64,000 nucleotides of DNA from Gemmatimonadales bacterium. GTDB taxonomy: Bacteria > Gemmatimonadota > Gemmatimonadetes > Gemmatimonadales > GWC2-71-9. A model generated the notes under the pieces. That model saw only the letters and a list, made by a program, of their open reading frames with translations, searched no databases and was not told the origin of the DNA. Shown here one piece after another: positions 9,496 to 18,649 of the stretch. The DNA is taken from the NCBI GenBank assembly GCA_037916975.1, contig JBAIWX010000007.1, positions 41 through 64,040 on the forward strand, read 5' to 3'. Within the stretch, counting starts at the first letter, position 1; each line of letters begins with the position of its first letter. Both the position numbers and the translations under genes were made by a program.

Positions 9496-10518
9496 TCAGT
9501 GCGTCGGCCGCGCGTCCCGGCCCTTGAAGATCCGGAACAGGTAGGCGAGCGAGGGCACGAGCACGACGAAGCCCAGCGCGAGCGCGGCGAGGATGAGCTC
9601 GAGCGTCGCGGCGGGCGCGGCGGCGCCCTCGATCGTGAGGTCGGGCGGGAGCAGGTAGGGATACTGCACGAAGCCCCAGCCCCAGAGGATGAGCGTCGCC
9701 TGCACCGGGGCGGCGAGCCGCGCGAGCCGGTAGCGCCGCCGCAGGAGCGCGGCGAAGGCGGTGACGGCCGGCAGCGCCACCGCGGCGTGGTAGCCGGGGG
9801 ACCAGCGGCTGGCGACGAGCCCTTCCCAGACGTGCGGCGCCCCCGCCCGTGCCAGCGCGAGCGTCACCATCGCGGCGAGGAACAGCGCCACCTGCGCGGC
9901 GAGGGCGCGGCGGCGGAAGTCCTCCTGCAGCGCGGGGTCGCGCGCCTCGACGGTGAGGTACACCGCCGCGAGGAAGGCGAAGAGCGCGAGCGTGAGCGCG
10001 CCGATCGCGAAGGGGAAGGGCTGGAGCCACGGCGTCACGTAGCCCGCGGTGAACGACGCCGCCGGGGCCGCGGGAATCCGCCCGGCCGCCGCCGTCCCGG
10101 CCGCGACGCCCAGCAGCACGGGCGTCACGAGGCTCGCCCACGAGAACAGGAGCCCCCAGCGGCGCTGGACGTCGTCGCGCTGGCTGTCGTAGCTCCGGAA
10201 GGTGAAGGCGGAGCCGCGGAGCACGATCCCGACCAGCATGAGGGTGAGCGGGACGTGGAGCGTGATGGAGAGGCGGGCGAACGCCGCCGGGAAGCAGACG
10301 AAGAGCAGCACCACGACCAGGATGAGCCAGACGTGGTTCGCCTCCCAGATGGGGCCGATCGCGTCGGCGATGAGGGCGCGCTGCCGGGCGCGGCGCGGGC
10401 CGGTCGCGAGGAGGTCCCAGACGCCGCCGCCGAAGTCGGCGCCCGCCATCAGCACGTAGGCGGTGAGCGCCGCCAGGATGGCGGCGGCGACGAGGAAGGC
10501 CGGCGTGAGCTCAGGCAC
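9496..10518 (-). CDS. cydB: Cytochrome bd-type quinol oxidase subunit II
   Basis: 340 aa. LMAGADFGGGVWDLL...IGPIWEANHVWLI, typical of CydB. There is an 8-nt overlap with cydA. Confidence 0.9.
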   Translation of the reverse strand: MPELTPAFLVAAAILAALTAYVLMAGADFGGGVWDLLATGPRRARQRALIADAIGPIWEANHVWLILVVVLLFVCFPAAFARLSITLHVPLTLMLVGIVLRGSAFTFRSYDSQRDDVQRRWGLLFSWASLVTPVLLGVAAGTAAAGRIPAAPAASFTAGYVTPWLQPFPFAIGALTLALFAFLAAVYLTVEARDPALQEDFRRRALAAQVALFLAAMVTLALARAGAPHVWEGLVASRWSPGYHAAVALPAVTAFAALLRRRYRLARLAAPVQATLILWGWGFVQYPYLLPPDLTIEGAAAPAATLELILAALALGFVVLVPSLAYLFRIFKGRDARPTH

Positions 10519-11854
10519 CCTGCAGCACCGGCGGCACGTAGGTCCGCTGCCACTCGTCCACGTCGGGGCTCCGCACGATCTGCCGGTAGAGGAGCCAGAC
10601 CACGGCGACGGCGAGCGCCACGTAGAGCAGCGTGAAGAAGGTGAGCGGCACGACGAGCCCCGGCATCGGCGTCACCGCCTCCGCCGTCCGGAGCACCCCC
10701 TGGATGATCCACGGCTGGCGTCCCACCTCGGTCACCACCCATCCCGCCTCGATCGCGACGAAGCCCATCGGTGCGGCGAGGGCGAGTGCCCGCATGAGCC
10801 AGCGCCGGCCGGCGAGGTCCTGCCGCCGGAACGCGCACACCGCGGCCCAGAGCGACACGAGCAGCATGAAGGTGCCGAGGCCCACCATCAGGTCGAACGC
10901 GGCGTGCACGATCGCGACCGGCGGCCAGAGCTCGCGCGGGATGCGGTCGAGCCCGCGGACCTCGGCGGCCGGGTCGCCGTGGGCGAGGAAGGAGAGGAGC
11001 TTCGGCACCGGGATCGCGCCCTTCACCGTCATCGTCGCCTCGTCGGGGAAGCCGCCGATGAGGAGCGACGCCCCGGGCTCCGTGTGGAAGTGCGCCTCCA
11101 TCGCCGCGAACTTCGCGGGCTGGAGCCGGGCGAGCATCTTGGCGCTCAGGTCGCCCGAGACCGGCTGCACGATCGCCGCGGGCGCGCCCACGAGGAGCGC
11201 CACCGCGAGCGCCCGGCGGTGGAAGGCGTTCTGCGGCCGGCGCAGCAGCATCCAGGCGTGGATCCCGGCGACGCCGAGGCCGGTGGCGGCGTAGGCGGCG
11301 AGCGTCATGTGGAGCGCCTGGGTGAACGCCGCGGGGTTGAGCATCGCGCGCACCGGGTCGATGCCGGTGATGCGGCCCCCCTCGAGGGTGAAGCCCGTCG
11401 GGGCGTTCATCCAGCCGTTCGCCATCACGACGAAGATCCCCGACACCGCCCCGCTCGCCGCGACCAGCACCCCCGCCACGAGGTGCGCCCTCGGCGAGAG
11501 GCGGTCCCACCCGTACAGGTAGATCCCGAGGAAGATGGCCTCCGTGAAGAAGGCGAAGCCCTCGAGCGAGAAGGGCATGCCGATGATCGGGCCGGCGAAC
11601 TCCATGAAGCGCGGCCAGAGGAGCCCGAGCTCGAAGGAGAGCACCGTCCCCGACACCGCGCCCACCGCGAACATGATCGCCGTGCCCTTGGCCCACCGCT
11701 TCGTGAGCTCGAGGTAGAGCGCGTCCTTCGTCTGCCGCCAGCGCAGCTCCGACACCACCATCAGGAGCGGCATGCCGATCCCGATGACGGCGAAGACGAT
11801 GTGGAAGGCCAGCGAGATCGCCATCTGCGATCGCGCCGCGAAGAGGTCGGTCAT
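10511..11854 (-). CDS. cydA: Cytochrome bd-type quinol oxidase subunit I (short Q-loop type)
   Basis: 447 aa. ARSQMAISLAFHIVFAVIGIGMP..., GWVVTEVGRQPWIIQGVLRT motifs. Confidence 0.9.
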   Translation of the reverse strand: MTDLFAARSQMAISLAFHIVFAVIGIGMPLLMVVSELRWRQTKDALYLELTKRWAKGTAIMFAVGAVSGTVLSFELGLLWPRFMEFAGPIIGMPFSLEGFAFFTEAIFLGIYLYGWDRLSPRAHLVAGVLVAASGAVSGIFVVMANGWMNAPTGFTLEGGRITGIDPVRAMLNPAAFTQALHMTLAAYAATGLGVAGIHAWMLLRRPQNAFHRRALAVALLVGAPAAIVQPVSGDLSAKMLARLQPAKFAAMEAHFHTEPGASLLIGGFPDEATMTVKGAIPVPKLLSFLAHGDPAAEVRGLDRIPRELWPPVAIVHAAFDLMVGLGTFMLLVSLWAAVCAFRRQDLAGRRWLMRALALAAPMGFVAIEAGWVVTEVGRQPWIIQGVLRTAEAVTPMPGLVVPLTFFTLLYVALAVAVVWLLYRQIVRSPDVDEWQRTYVPPVLQGA

Positions 11855-11887
11855 GCGTCCCGTGCCGCGGTGCAGGAGTGGCTCATT

Positions 11888-11907
11888 CTTGTGAAACTAT
11901 TCACAAG
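11888..11907. promoter_or_regulatory. CRP/FNR-family operator-like palindrome upstream of cydAB
   Basis: CTTGTGAA-ACTA-TTCACAAG, a perfect 8-bp inverted repeat containing TGTGA-N6-TCACA. It is centred about 44 bp upstream of the cydA ATG in a locally AT-richer intergenic region. Confidence 0.5.
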
Positions 11908-12010
11908 CTGGCGCTTTCCTCAAGTACCCAGCGGCGGCGCGCGGGTTCGCCGCCCCACACCCGGCGCCGCCGGCGCGCCGGCCTGCGGGGAGCGCCGGGC
12001 CGTTCTGGCC

Positions 12011-12673
12011 TCACGCCGGCACCGGCAGCACCAGCTGGCCGGCACAGACCCACAGCCGGTCGCCCTCGCCCAGCTCGGGCTCGGCGCCGCCGGTGAAGCT
12101 CCCGAACGCGGGGAGGATCGCCGCCCTCGGCCCGATCACGAAGGCGGGGAGCCGCTCCCGCAGGCGACCGGGGCCGACGAGGCGCGCGGCGGGATGCAGG
12201 TGGCCCGAGAGCACGTAGCCCGTGGGGTCGGGCTCGGGGTGGTGGCGATGGACGAACGGTGCATCACGGACGGGCGCGTCGGCGCAGGCGATGCCGAGGT
12301 CGGCGGGCGGGTCGCCTGCGTGCCGGTCGTGGTTGCCCCGGACCAGGAGCAGCTCGACCGAGGCGTGCCGCTCGCGCCAGCGCCGGAGCGGCGCCAGCGT
12401 CGCGGCCGCCTCGCGGCCGGCGCGGGCGTGGAAGAGGTCGCCGAGGATGACGAGGCGGGTGGCGCCGGTCCGGTCGAGCGCACGCGTGAGCCGCGCGAGG
12501 TCGTCCGCCGTGGACCCGTGCGGCACCGGGATGCCGGCGGCGCGGAAGGTGGCGCCCTTGCCCCAGTGGAGGTCGGCCACCACGAGGGTGCGGCGGGCGG
12601 GCCACCAGAGGGCGCGCTCGGCGAGGAGCGCCACCTCGGTGCCGGCGAGCTCGAGGACGGGGTCGGTGGTCAC
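12011..12673 (-). CDS. pdeM: Ligase-associated DNA damage response endonuclease PdeM (metallophosphoesterase)
   Basis: 220 aa. VVADLHWGKGATFRAAGIPVP...VILGDLFH...VRGNHD...LSGHLHP, as in the PdeM family. Lies downstream of the DEXH helicase. Confidence 0.85.
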   Translation of the reverse strand: MTTDPVLELAGTEVALLAERALWWPARRTLVVADLHWGKGATFRAAGIPVPHGSTADDLARLTRALDRTGATRLVILGDLFHARAGREAAATLAPLRRWRERHASVELLLVRGNHDRHAGDPPADLGIACADAPVRDAPFVHRHHPEPDPTGYVLSGHLHPAARLVGPGRLRERLPAFVIGPRAAILPAFGSFTGGAEPELGEGDRLWVCAGQLVLPVPA

Positions 12674-12719
12674 GCGGCCAATCTAGCGAACGGCCGGGCC
12701 CCGGCGTGCCACGCCGGCG

Positions 12720-15449
12720 TCACTCGCCCCGCCGCGCCGCCGCGCGCTCGTACGCGGCGGTCATCCGCCGGACGCGGTCCTCGAGCTTCTCGGTCGTCAC
12801 CTGCTCGCGCGTGCGGTCCACGAGGATGGGGAACGAGAGCGGCGAGGGGCGCTCGAGCTCCGCGATCGTGACGCGGCCCGCGGCCATCCGCTCGAGGGCA
12901 CGCCCGAGCCGCGTGTGCTCGAGCTGGCGCTCCAGCACCTCGCGCTGCGCCTGGCGCAGCAGCAGGTTGTCGGGGTCGTAGCGGCTGAAGACGTCGTAGA
13001 GGAGCGCCGCCGAGGCCTGCAGCTGCTTCACCGACCTGTCGCGCCCCGGATAGCCCTGGAAGACGAGCCCGGCGACGCGCGCCACCTCGCGGAACTGGCG
13101 GCGCGCCAGCTCCGCCGCGTTGAGCGAGGCCAGGATGTCGTGCAGCAGGTGTTCCCGCGCGAGGAGGCCGGCCTCGAGCGCCTCCTCGAGCGGCGCCCGT
13201 TCGGGCGACAGGAGCTCGAAGCCGTAGTCGTTGCTCGCGAAGGTGAAGGAGATCGGCCGGAGCTGCGCGAGACGGTAGGCGAAGAGCGCCGACAGCCCCT
13301 CGTGCACGAGGCGCCCCTCGAAGGGGAAGATGAACAGGTGGTGGCCCTCGCCCGTCTCGACCCGCTCGACGAGCAGCTCGTCGGGCGCGGGGATGCGCGA
13401 CACCAGGGCCTGGAGCTCCAGCACCGGGCGTACCGCCGCCATCTCGGGCCCCTCGAACCGCCCCACGCGTGCCTGCTCCAGCCGGCCGCGGAGCGCCGCC
13501 GCGAGCTCGGTCGAGAGCGGCATCCGTGTCCCCTGCCAGCGCGGCACCGCGCCCTTCGGGCTCTTCGCCTTCCGCACCCAGGCGGTCATGTCGCGCACGC
13601 GCACGAACTCGAGGGGCTTCCCGGCGAAGATGAACCGGTCCCCGGCGCGCATCCGCGCGATGAAGCCCTCCTCCACCGTGCCGAGGGTGCCGCCGGTCAG
13701 GTAGCGGACCTTGAGGGCCGTGTCGCTCACGATGGTGCCGATCGAGAGGCGGTGCCGGAGCGCGATCATCCGGTCGGCCACCGTGAACACCCCCTCCCGC
13801 TCGCGCAGGCGGGCGTACTCCGGGTAGGCGCGGAGCGCCTCGCCGCCGCGCGCCGCGAAGTCGAGCACCCAGTCGAGTTCCGCCTCGGTGAGGTCCCGGT
13901 AGGCGTGGGTCGCGCGCGCCTCGGCGAGGAGCTCCTCGCGGGTGACGCCGCCGCCCAGGGCGAGCGTGCCGGCATGCTGGGCGAGGAGGTCGAGCGGCCG
14001 CTCGCGCGGGTGCCGCGCCTCGATGGCCCGCGCCGCGAGCGCGTCGCGCGCCGCGGCGACCTCGAGGAGCTCGAAGGCGTGGGTGGGCACGCAGGTCACG
14101 CGGCTCACCGCGCCGGGCTGGTGCCCCGAGCGGCCGGCGCGCTGGACGAGGCGGGCGACGCCCTTGGGGCTCCCGACCTGCAGCACCCGGTCCACCGGGG
14201 TGAAGTCCACGCCGAGGTCGAGGCTCGAGGTGCAGACGACGCAGCGGAGCGCCCCGCTCCGGAGCCCGGCCTCGACGGCGTCGCGGGCGCGGCGCTCGAG
14301 GGAGCCGTGGTGCAGCGCGAGGACGCCGGCCCAGTCCGGCCGCGCATCGAGCAGCGCCTGGAACCAGAGCTCGCACTGCGAGCGCGTGTTCGTGAAGACG
14401 AGCGCCGTCCGGCCCTCCTCCACCGCCTCGATAACGCGCGGCAGGAGGCGCACGTTCAGGTGCCCCGCCCACGGGAACTTCTCGATCGTCTCCGGAATGA
14501 GCGCGTCCACGGCCAGCGCCTTCGGCACGAGCCCCTGCACGAGGCGCCCCGGTCGCGGTCTCCCCTCGGCATCTCGACCCAGCAGCGTGACCATCGCCTC
14601 GTCGAGGTTGCCGAGCGTGGCGGAGAGTCCCCAGAGCCGGAGCCCGGGGGCGTAGCGGCGGAGCCGCGCCAGGCAGAGCTCCGCCTGCACCCCGCGCTTC
14701 GATGCCATGAGCTCGTGCCACTCGTCCACCACGACCGCGCGGAGGTCGGCGAAGAGCTCGGCGCGATCGGGTCGCGTGAGCAGGAGCGAGAGGCTCTCGG
14801 GGGTGGTGACGAGCGCGGTGGGGAGCCGCTCGCGCTGCCGCTGGCGCGTGGAGGCCGGCGTGTCGCCGGTGCGGGTTTCGACGGTCCAGGGGAGTGCCAG
14901 CGCCTCGACGGGCGCGCGGAGCGCCTCGGCGGTGTCGGCGGCGAGCGCGCGGAGCGGCGTGATCCACAGCACCCGCAGGGGGGCGGCGAGCGCGCGGCGT
15001 CGGGGGCGCTCCCGCCCGGCCGGGTGCTCGCGCAGCCACTCCCGCACTGGCCCGAGCCAGGCCGCGTACGTCTTGCCCGTCCCGGTGGCTGCGTGCACGA
15101 GCCCGCACTCGCCGGCTTCGAAGGCGTCCCAGACCTCGCGCTGGAAGGGGAAGGCGGTCCACCCGCGCGCCGCGAACCACGCGTCCAGCGCGGCCTCGGG
15201 CGTCGCGTCGGGGGGGAGCGGGAGGGGCGGGCCCGAGGCGCGCCGTTCCCGGGGAGCAGCCCGGCGGTCGTGGCGGCGGCGGGCGCCGTTGCGGCGGCCG
15301 TCCCCGACCGAGGGCTCGGCGTCCGCCTCGGCCGGCACGCTCGACTCGCCGCGCGCCGCCCGCTCCGCCCGGAGGCGACGGCGCGCCTCGGCGAGCTCCC
15401 GCTCGAGGGCGAGCCGGGGACGGCGTGGTGTGTCCATGGGGGGAAACAT
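12720..15449 (-). CDS. Ligase-associated DNA damage response DEXH-box helicase (Lhr-core-like)
   Basis: Track ORF 12720..15620. FPFQREVWDAF...LVHAATGTGKT (motif I), VVVDEWHEL (DEWH box), SSLDLGVDF, QRAGRSGH (motif VI). Start is uncertain (ATG 15449 or 15437). Basic low-complexity N-terminal extension. Confidence 0.9.
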   Translation of the reverse strand: MFPPMDTPRRPRLALERELAEARRRLRAERAARGESSVPAEADAEPSVGDGRRNGARRRHDRRAAPRERRASGPPLPLPPDATPEAALDAWFAARGWTAFPFQREVWDAFEAGECGLVHAATGTGKTYAAWLGPVREWLREHPAGRERPRRRALAAPLRVLWITPLRALAADTAEALRAPVEALALPWTVETRTGDTPASTRQRQRERLPTALVTTPESLSLLLTRPDRAELFADLRAVVVDEWHELMASKRGVQAELCLARLRRYAPGLRLWGLSATLGNLDEAMVTLLGRDAEGRPRPGRLVQGLVPKALAVDALIPETIEKFPWAGHLNVRLLPRVIEAVEEGRTALVFTNTRSQCELWFQALLDARPDWAGVLALHHGSLERRARDAVEAGLRSGALRCVVCTSSLDLGVDFTPVDRVLQVGSPKGVARLVQRAGRSGHQPGAVSRVTCVPTHAFELLEVAAARDALAARAIEARHPRERPLDLLAQHAGTLALGGGVTREELLAEARATHAYRDLTEAELDWVLDFAARGGEALRAYPEYARLREREGVFTVADRMIALRHRLSIGTIVSDTALKVRYLTGGTLGTVEEGFIARMRAGDRFIFAGKPLEFVRVRDMTAWVRKAKSPKGAVPRWQGTRMPLSTELAAALRGRLEQARVGRFEGPEMAAVRPVLELQALVSRIPAPDELLVERVETGEGHHLFIFPFEGRLVHEGLSALFAYRLAQLRPISFTFASNDYGFELLSPERAPLEEALEAGLLAREHLLHDILASLNAAELARRQFREVARVAGLVFQGYPGRDRSVKQLQASAALLYDVFSRYDPDNLLLRQAQREVLERQLEHTRLGRALERMAAGRVTIAELERPSPLSFPILVDRTREQVTTEKLEDRVRRMTAAYERAAARRGE

Positions 15450-15509
15450 ACCGGCGGGCCGCGGGCACGTTCCCGGAGGTCCCGGCGGGCCGGTCCACCG
15501 ATGCGAAAC

Positions 15510-15531
15510 GGGCCGCCCAACAGGGCGGCCC
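15510..15531 (-). terminator. Stem-loop downstream of the PEP-CTERM/membrane-protein pair
   Basis: GGGCCGCCC-AACA-GGGCGGCCC, a perfect 9-bp stem. On the minus strand it is followed by GTTTCG. It lies between the stop at 15559 and the helicase start. Confidence 0.4.
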
Positions 15532-15558
15532 GTGGCATTCGTCCGGCGGGCGTGGTGG

Positions 15559-16080
15559 CTAGGCCCGGCCCACGATCGGCTCGAGCCGCTCCTGCTTCTG
15601 GCGGCTGCTCGCAGCGACACCCGCGGCGCGCAGGGATGCGACGCCGGCCCAGAACAGCACGGCGGCGGCGAGCACGTTCTTGGCGAGGCCGCGCAGCCCC
15701 GAGAGCGCGATCGCCGTGCGCATTTCCGCGGGGGAGGTGGCGCGGAGTTCGACGACGTCCAGGGCGAGCAGCCCCGAGACGGCCAGCACGGCGAGCGCGA
15801 GCACGATCGCCAGCACGCCGGTCACGCGGAGGGCGCCGCGGTGCTGCAGCAGGCCCGCCGCGAGCAGGATGAGCGCCAGGCCGAGCAGCGGCGTGAGCAG
15901 GAAGCCGGAGAGGAGCGTGAGCGAGGCGAAGCGCCACTTCGCCTCGCCGGGCAGGAACGGGTAGATGCTGGTGACGTAGTCGAGCGCCGGCGACACGACG
16001 AGCAGGAGGCCGATCGCGTAGCAGGGCGCGGCCAGACGACGAAGCGGGGCCCCGGAGGGCCCCGCCGCGAGGGAGCTCAT
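15559..16080 (-). CDS. Integral membrane protein (4 predicted TM), unknown function
   Basis: C-terminal 173 aa of the 490-aa track ORF, from ATG 16080, 2 nt after the PEP-CTERM gene stop. Hydrophobic stretches CYAIGLLLVVSPAL, LTLLSGFLLTPLLGLALILLAAGLL, VTGVLAIVLALAVLAVSGLLAL, NVLAAAVLFWAGV. Confidence 0.6.
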   Translation of the reverse strand: MSSLAAGPSGAPLRRLAAPCYAIGLLLVVSPALDYVTSIYPFLPGEAKWRFASLTLLSGFLLTPLLGLALILLAAGLLQHRGALRVTGVLAIVLALAVLAVSGLLALDVVELRATSPAEMRTAIALSGLRGLAKNVLAAAVLFWAGVASLRAAGVAASSRQKQERLEPIVGRA

Positions 16081-16082
16081 CG

Positions 16083-16748
16083 TCAGGCCCCCGCCCCCCG
16101 GACCCGCATGAACACCATGAGGAGCAGGATGCCGGTGCCGAGGAGGAGGATCGTCGCCGGCTCGGGGGTGACCGTGATGAACTCCTGGTAGCCGCCCGTC
16201 GGGTAGACCTTGTTCACGTCGGTGATGACGAGCACGCTGGCCCAGTTCATCGACTGGCCGGCCGCGCTGTTGTACCAGGCGTTGAACTTGTCCTGCCAGC
16301 CGCTGATGACGTAGCTCGAGAAGCTGCCGAGCTGCGCCGTCGGGGTGAAGACGCTCCAGATCGTCGCGTGGACCTGGGCGGTGGTCCAGCCCAGCGCCGC
16401 GGCGTTCGGGAACTGCATCGAGAGCCAGGCGGCCTGGCGGTAGCGGAGGAGCGCGTCGGAGAAGGCGCCCCCGAAGCGCGTGCTCGCCAGGTTGGTCCCG
16501 TCGGCCAGGTTCGTCGTGTTCACCTTGTAGGTGAGGCCGACGTAGGCGTCGTTCAGGTAGTCCACGCAGGTCACGTCGATCGTCGGCGCGCCGGGACCGC
16601 TGCCGAGCACGCCCTTGTAGGGACCGACGTAGACCCCGTTCGCGACGGTGCTGCCGGGGTTCGTGATCTTGAAGTCCTGCTGCGCCGCGACCGGCAGCGC
16701 GAGGGCGCCCAAGGCGAGGGTGAGGACGGCGGACCGAAGCAGCTTCAC
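16083..16748 (-). CDS. PEP-CTERM sorting-domain secreted protein
   Basis: GTG 16748 gives VKLLRSAVLTLALGALALPVAAQQ signal peptide. The C-terminus VTPEPATILLLGTGILLLMVFMRVRG is a PEP-CTERM motif plus TM plus basic tail. Asn/Thr/Tyr-rich mature part. The track start (TTG 16889) was rejected. Confidence 0.8.
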   Translation of the reverse strand: MKLLRSAVLTLALGALALPVAAQQDFKITNPGSTVANGVYVGPYKGVLGSGPGAPTIDVTCVDYLNDAYVGLTYKVNTTNLADGTNLASTRFGGAFSDALLRYRQAAWLSMQFPNAAALGWTTAQVHATIWSVFTPTAQLGSFSSYVISGWQDKFNAWYNSAAGQSMNWASVLVITDVNKVYPTGGYQEFITVTPEPATILLLGTGILLLMVFMRVRGAGA

Positions 16749-16815
16749 GCGGGACTCCGTGGCCGGGATTGGCGGATGCAAGCAGTTGCAGTACTTGCTG
16801 ATGCCATCCGTAGGA

Positions 16816-16829
16816 GCACGGAGCGTGCC
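16816..16829 (-). promoter_or_regulatory. Possible sigma-54 (-24/-12) promoter for the PEP-CTERM gene
   Basis: The minus strand reads GGCACG-CTCC-GTGC (GG-N10-GC spacing), about 68 nt upstream of GTG 16748. Caveat: the element is itself palindromic (GCACG-GAG-CGTGC), so it may be an operator instead. Confidence 0.3.
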
Positions 16830-17059
16830 GAAATCGGGCGGCTGGAATCTGGACGGCCAGGGCACACGGCGTCCTGAAGCCGGTACCAAGGTCCCTGGTT
16901 AACTCGATGGCAATGAATCGCTTACAAAGGGATGTCGGGGTTCGTGCGGGACATCCGCACGGGCGGGCCGCGGCGCCAAGGGTTCGGCGCGCACGATCGA
17001 GCGGGATTCCGTTGCGACCCGACCACAACACGGGTGACCGAGTTGTTGCGCACGCCGAC

Positions 17060-18649
17060 TCAGGGTGGCAGGAGCGCGACCAGGCGCTCGAGGCGGTCGG
17101 CCTCGTGTGGCGGCTTGTCGCGCCGCCAGCGCACGATGCGGGGGAAGCGCACCGCGAGTCCTGCCTTGTGGCGGGGCGAGCGCTGGATGCCCTCGAACGC
17201 GAGCTGGAAGACGAGCGAGGGCTCGACCGAGCGCACGGGCCCGAACCGCTCGAGGGTGTGGCTCCTTACGAACTGGTCCACCTCGCGGATCTCGGCGTCC
17301 GTGAGCCCGGAATACGCCTTCGCGATCGTGACGAGCGCATCGCCCGACCAGACGGCGAAGGTATAGTCGGTGTAGAGGCCCGCGCGGCGACCGTGGCCCG
17401 GCTGCGCCGCGACGAGGACGGCGTCCACCTCGAACGGGTCCACCTTCCACTTCCACCAGTCGCCGCGGCGCCGTCCGACGCCGTACGGGGCGTCGGCCCG
17501 CTTGAGCATCAGCCCCTCCGCCCCGCGGCCGCGCGCCGACTCGCGCTCCCGCGCGAGCGCGGCCCAGCCCTCGGCCGCCACCGGCTCGGAGAGCCGCAGC
17601 GCGGCGCCCGCGGGGAGGGCCGCGACGAGCGCCTCGAGTGCCGCGCGGCGGCGGGCGAGCGGCCAGTCGCGCACGTCCGTTCCGCCGTGCTCGAGCAGGT
17701 CGTAGGCGACGAGCACGACGGGCACCTCGTCGAGCACCCGCCGCGTCAGCGTCTTCCGCCCGATGCGCCGCTGCAGGGCGCCGAAGGGGAGGGGCATGCC
17801 GTCGCGCCAGGGGAGCAGCTCGCCGTCCACGACGGTACCGTCGGGGAGGAAGGCCGCGGTCGCCTCCACCTCGGGAAACCGCCCGGCGAGCAGCTCCTCG
17901 CCACGCGACCAGACCCACGTCCCGCCCGCGCGCCGCACGAGCTGGGCGCGGATGCCGTCCCACTTCCACTCCGCCACCCACGCCGCGCGCGCGCCGAGTG
18001 CCTCTGGCGGCTGCTCGAGGGGATAGGCGAGGAAGAAGGGGTAGGGCCGGCTCCGGTCGGCGTCGCTCGTGTCGGCGGCGAGGAGCCGCCGGTAGAACTC
18101 GGGGGTCGGCTCCCATCGGCCCATGAGCCGGTGCGCAAGCACCTCCTCGGCGAGCCCCGACACCCCGGCCAGCGCGCGCAGCACGAGTCCTTCCGACACG
18201 CCGACGCGGAACGCCCCCGTGATGAGCTTGAGGAAGACGAACCGCGCACTGCCACCGAGCCGTCGCCACGCCTCGCGGAGCGCTTCCCGCTGCGCATCCG
18301 GCGCCTGGCCGGCGAGCGGGAGGAGGTGCCGCTCGACCCACTCCGCGAGGGGCGCCTCGTCGGTGGCGTCCACGGCGGGCATGAGCAGGGCGATGGTTTC
18401 GGCCAGGTCGCCGACGTGCTGGTAGCTCTCCTCGAAGAGCCATTCGGGTATGCCGGCGGCCTCGGCGGCCCACCGGCGCAGGTCCGGGGCGCGCACCGCC
18501 CGGCGCGGTCGCCGGCCGAGGAGGAACGCAAGCGCCCACGCGGCGTCGGCTGCCGGGGCCGCGCGGAAGTACTCCGCGAGGGCCGCCACCTTGGCCGACG
18601 TGGCGGTGGTGCGGTCGAGGGCCTCGTAGAGCGTGGCGAACGCCCTCAT
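17060..18649 (-). CDS. ATP-dependent DNA ligase (ligase-associated DNA damage response set)
   Basis: 529 aa from ATG 18649 inside the 849-aa track ORF. AEWKWDGIRAQL (adenylation motif I, KxDG), LPDGTVVDGELL, EGLMLKR, WWKWK motifs. Confidence 0.9.
   Translation of the reverse strand: MRAFATLYEALDRTTATSAKVAALAEYFRAAPAADAAWALAFLLGRRPRRAVRAPDLRRWAAEAAGIPEWLFEESYQHVGDLAETIALLMPAVDATDEAPLAEWVERHLLPLAGQAPDAQREALREAWRRLGGSARFVFLKLITGAFRVGVSEGLVLRALAGVSGLAEEVLAHRLMGRWEPTPEFYRRLLAADTSDADRSRPYPFFLAYPLEQPPEALGARAAWVAEWKWDGIRAQLVRRAGGTWVWSRGEELLAGRFPEVEATAAFLPDGTVVDGELLPWRDGMPLPFGALQRRIGRKTLTRRVLDEVPVVLVAYDLLEHGGTDVRDWPLARRRAALEALVAALPAGAALRLSEPVAAEGWAALARERESARGRGAEGLMLKRADAPYGVGRRRGDWWKWKVDPFEVDAVLVAAQPGHGRRAGLYTDYTFAVWSGDALVTIAKAYSGLTDAEIREVDQFVRSHTLERFGPVRSVEPSLVFQLAFEGIQRSPRHKAGLAVRFPRIVRWRRDKPPHEADRLERLVALLPP

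Noticed and set aside
12670-15872. Alternative long ORFs over the helicase (12670..15498 -, 12915..15872 +, 14456..15937 -)
   Set aside because: No helicase or other motifs and low-complexity composition. Frame 12720..15620 carries motifs I, II (DEWH) and VI.
16749-16889. TTG start at 16889 for the PEP-CTERM protein
   Set aside because: It would add 47 non-signal residues in front of a textbook signal peptide that begins at GTG 16748.
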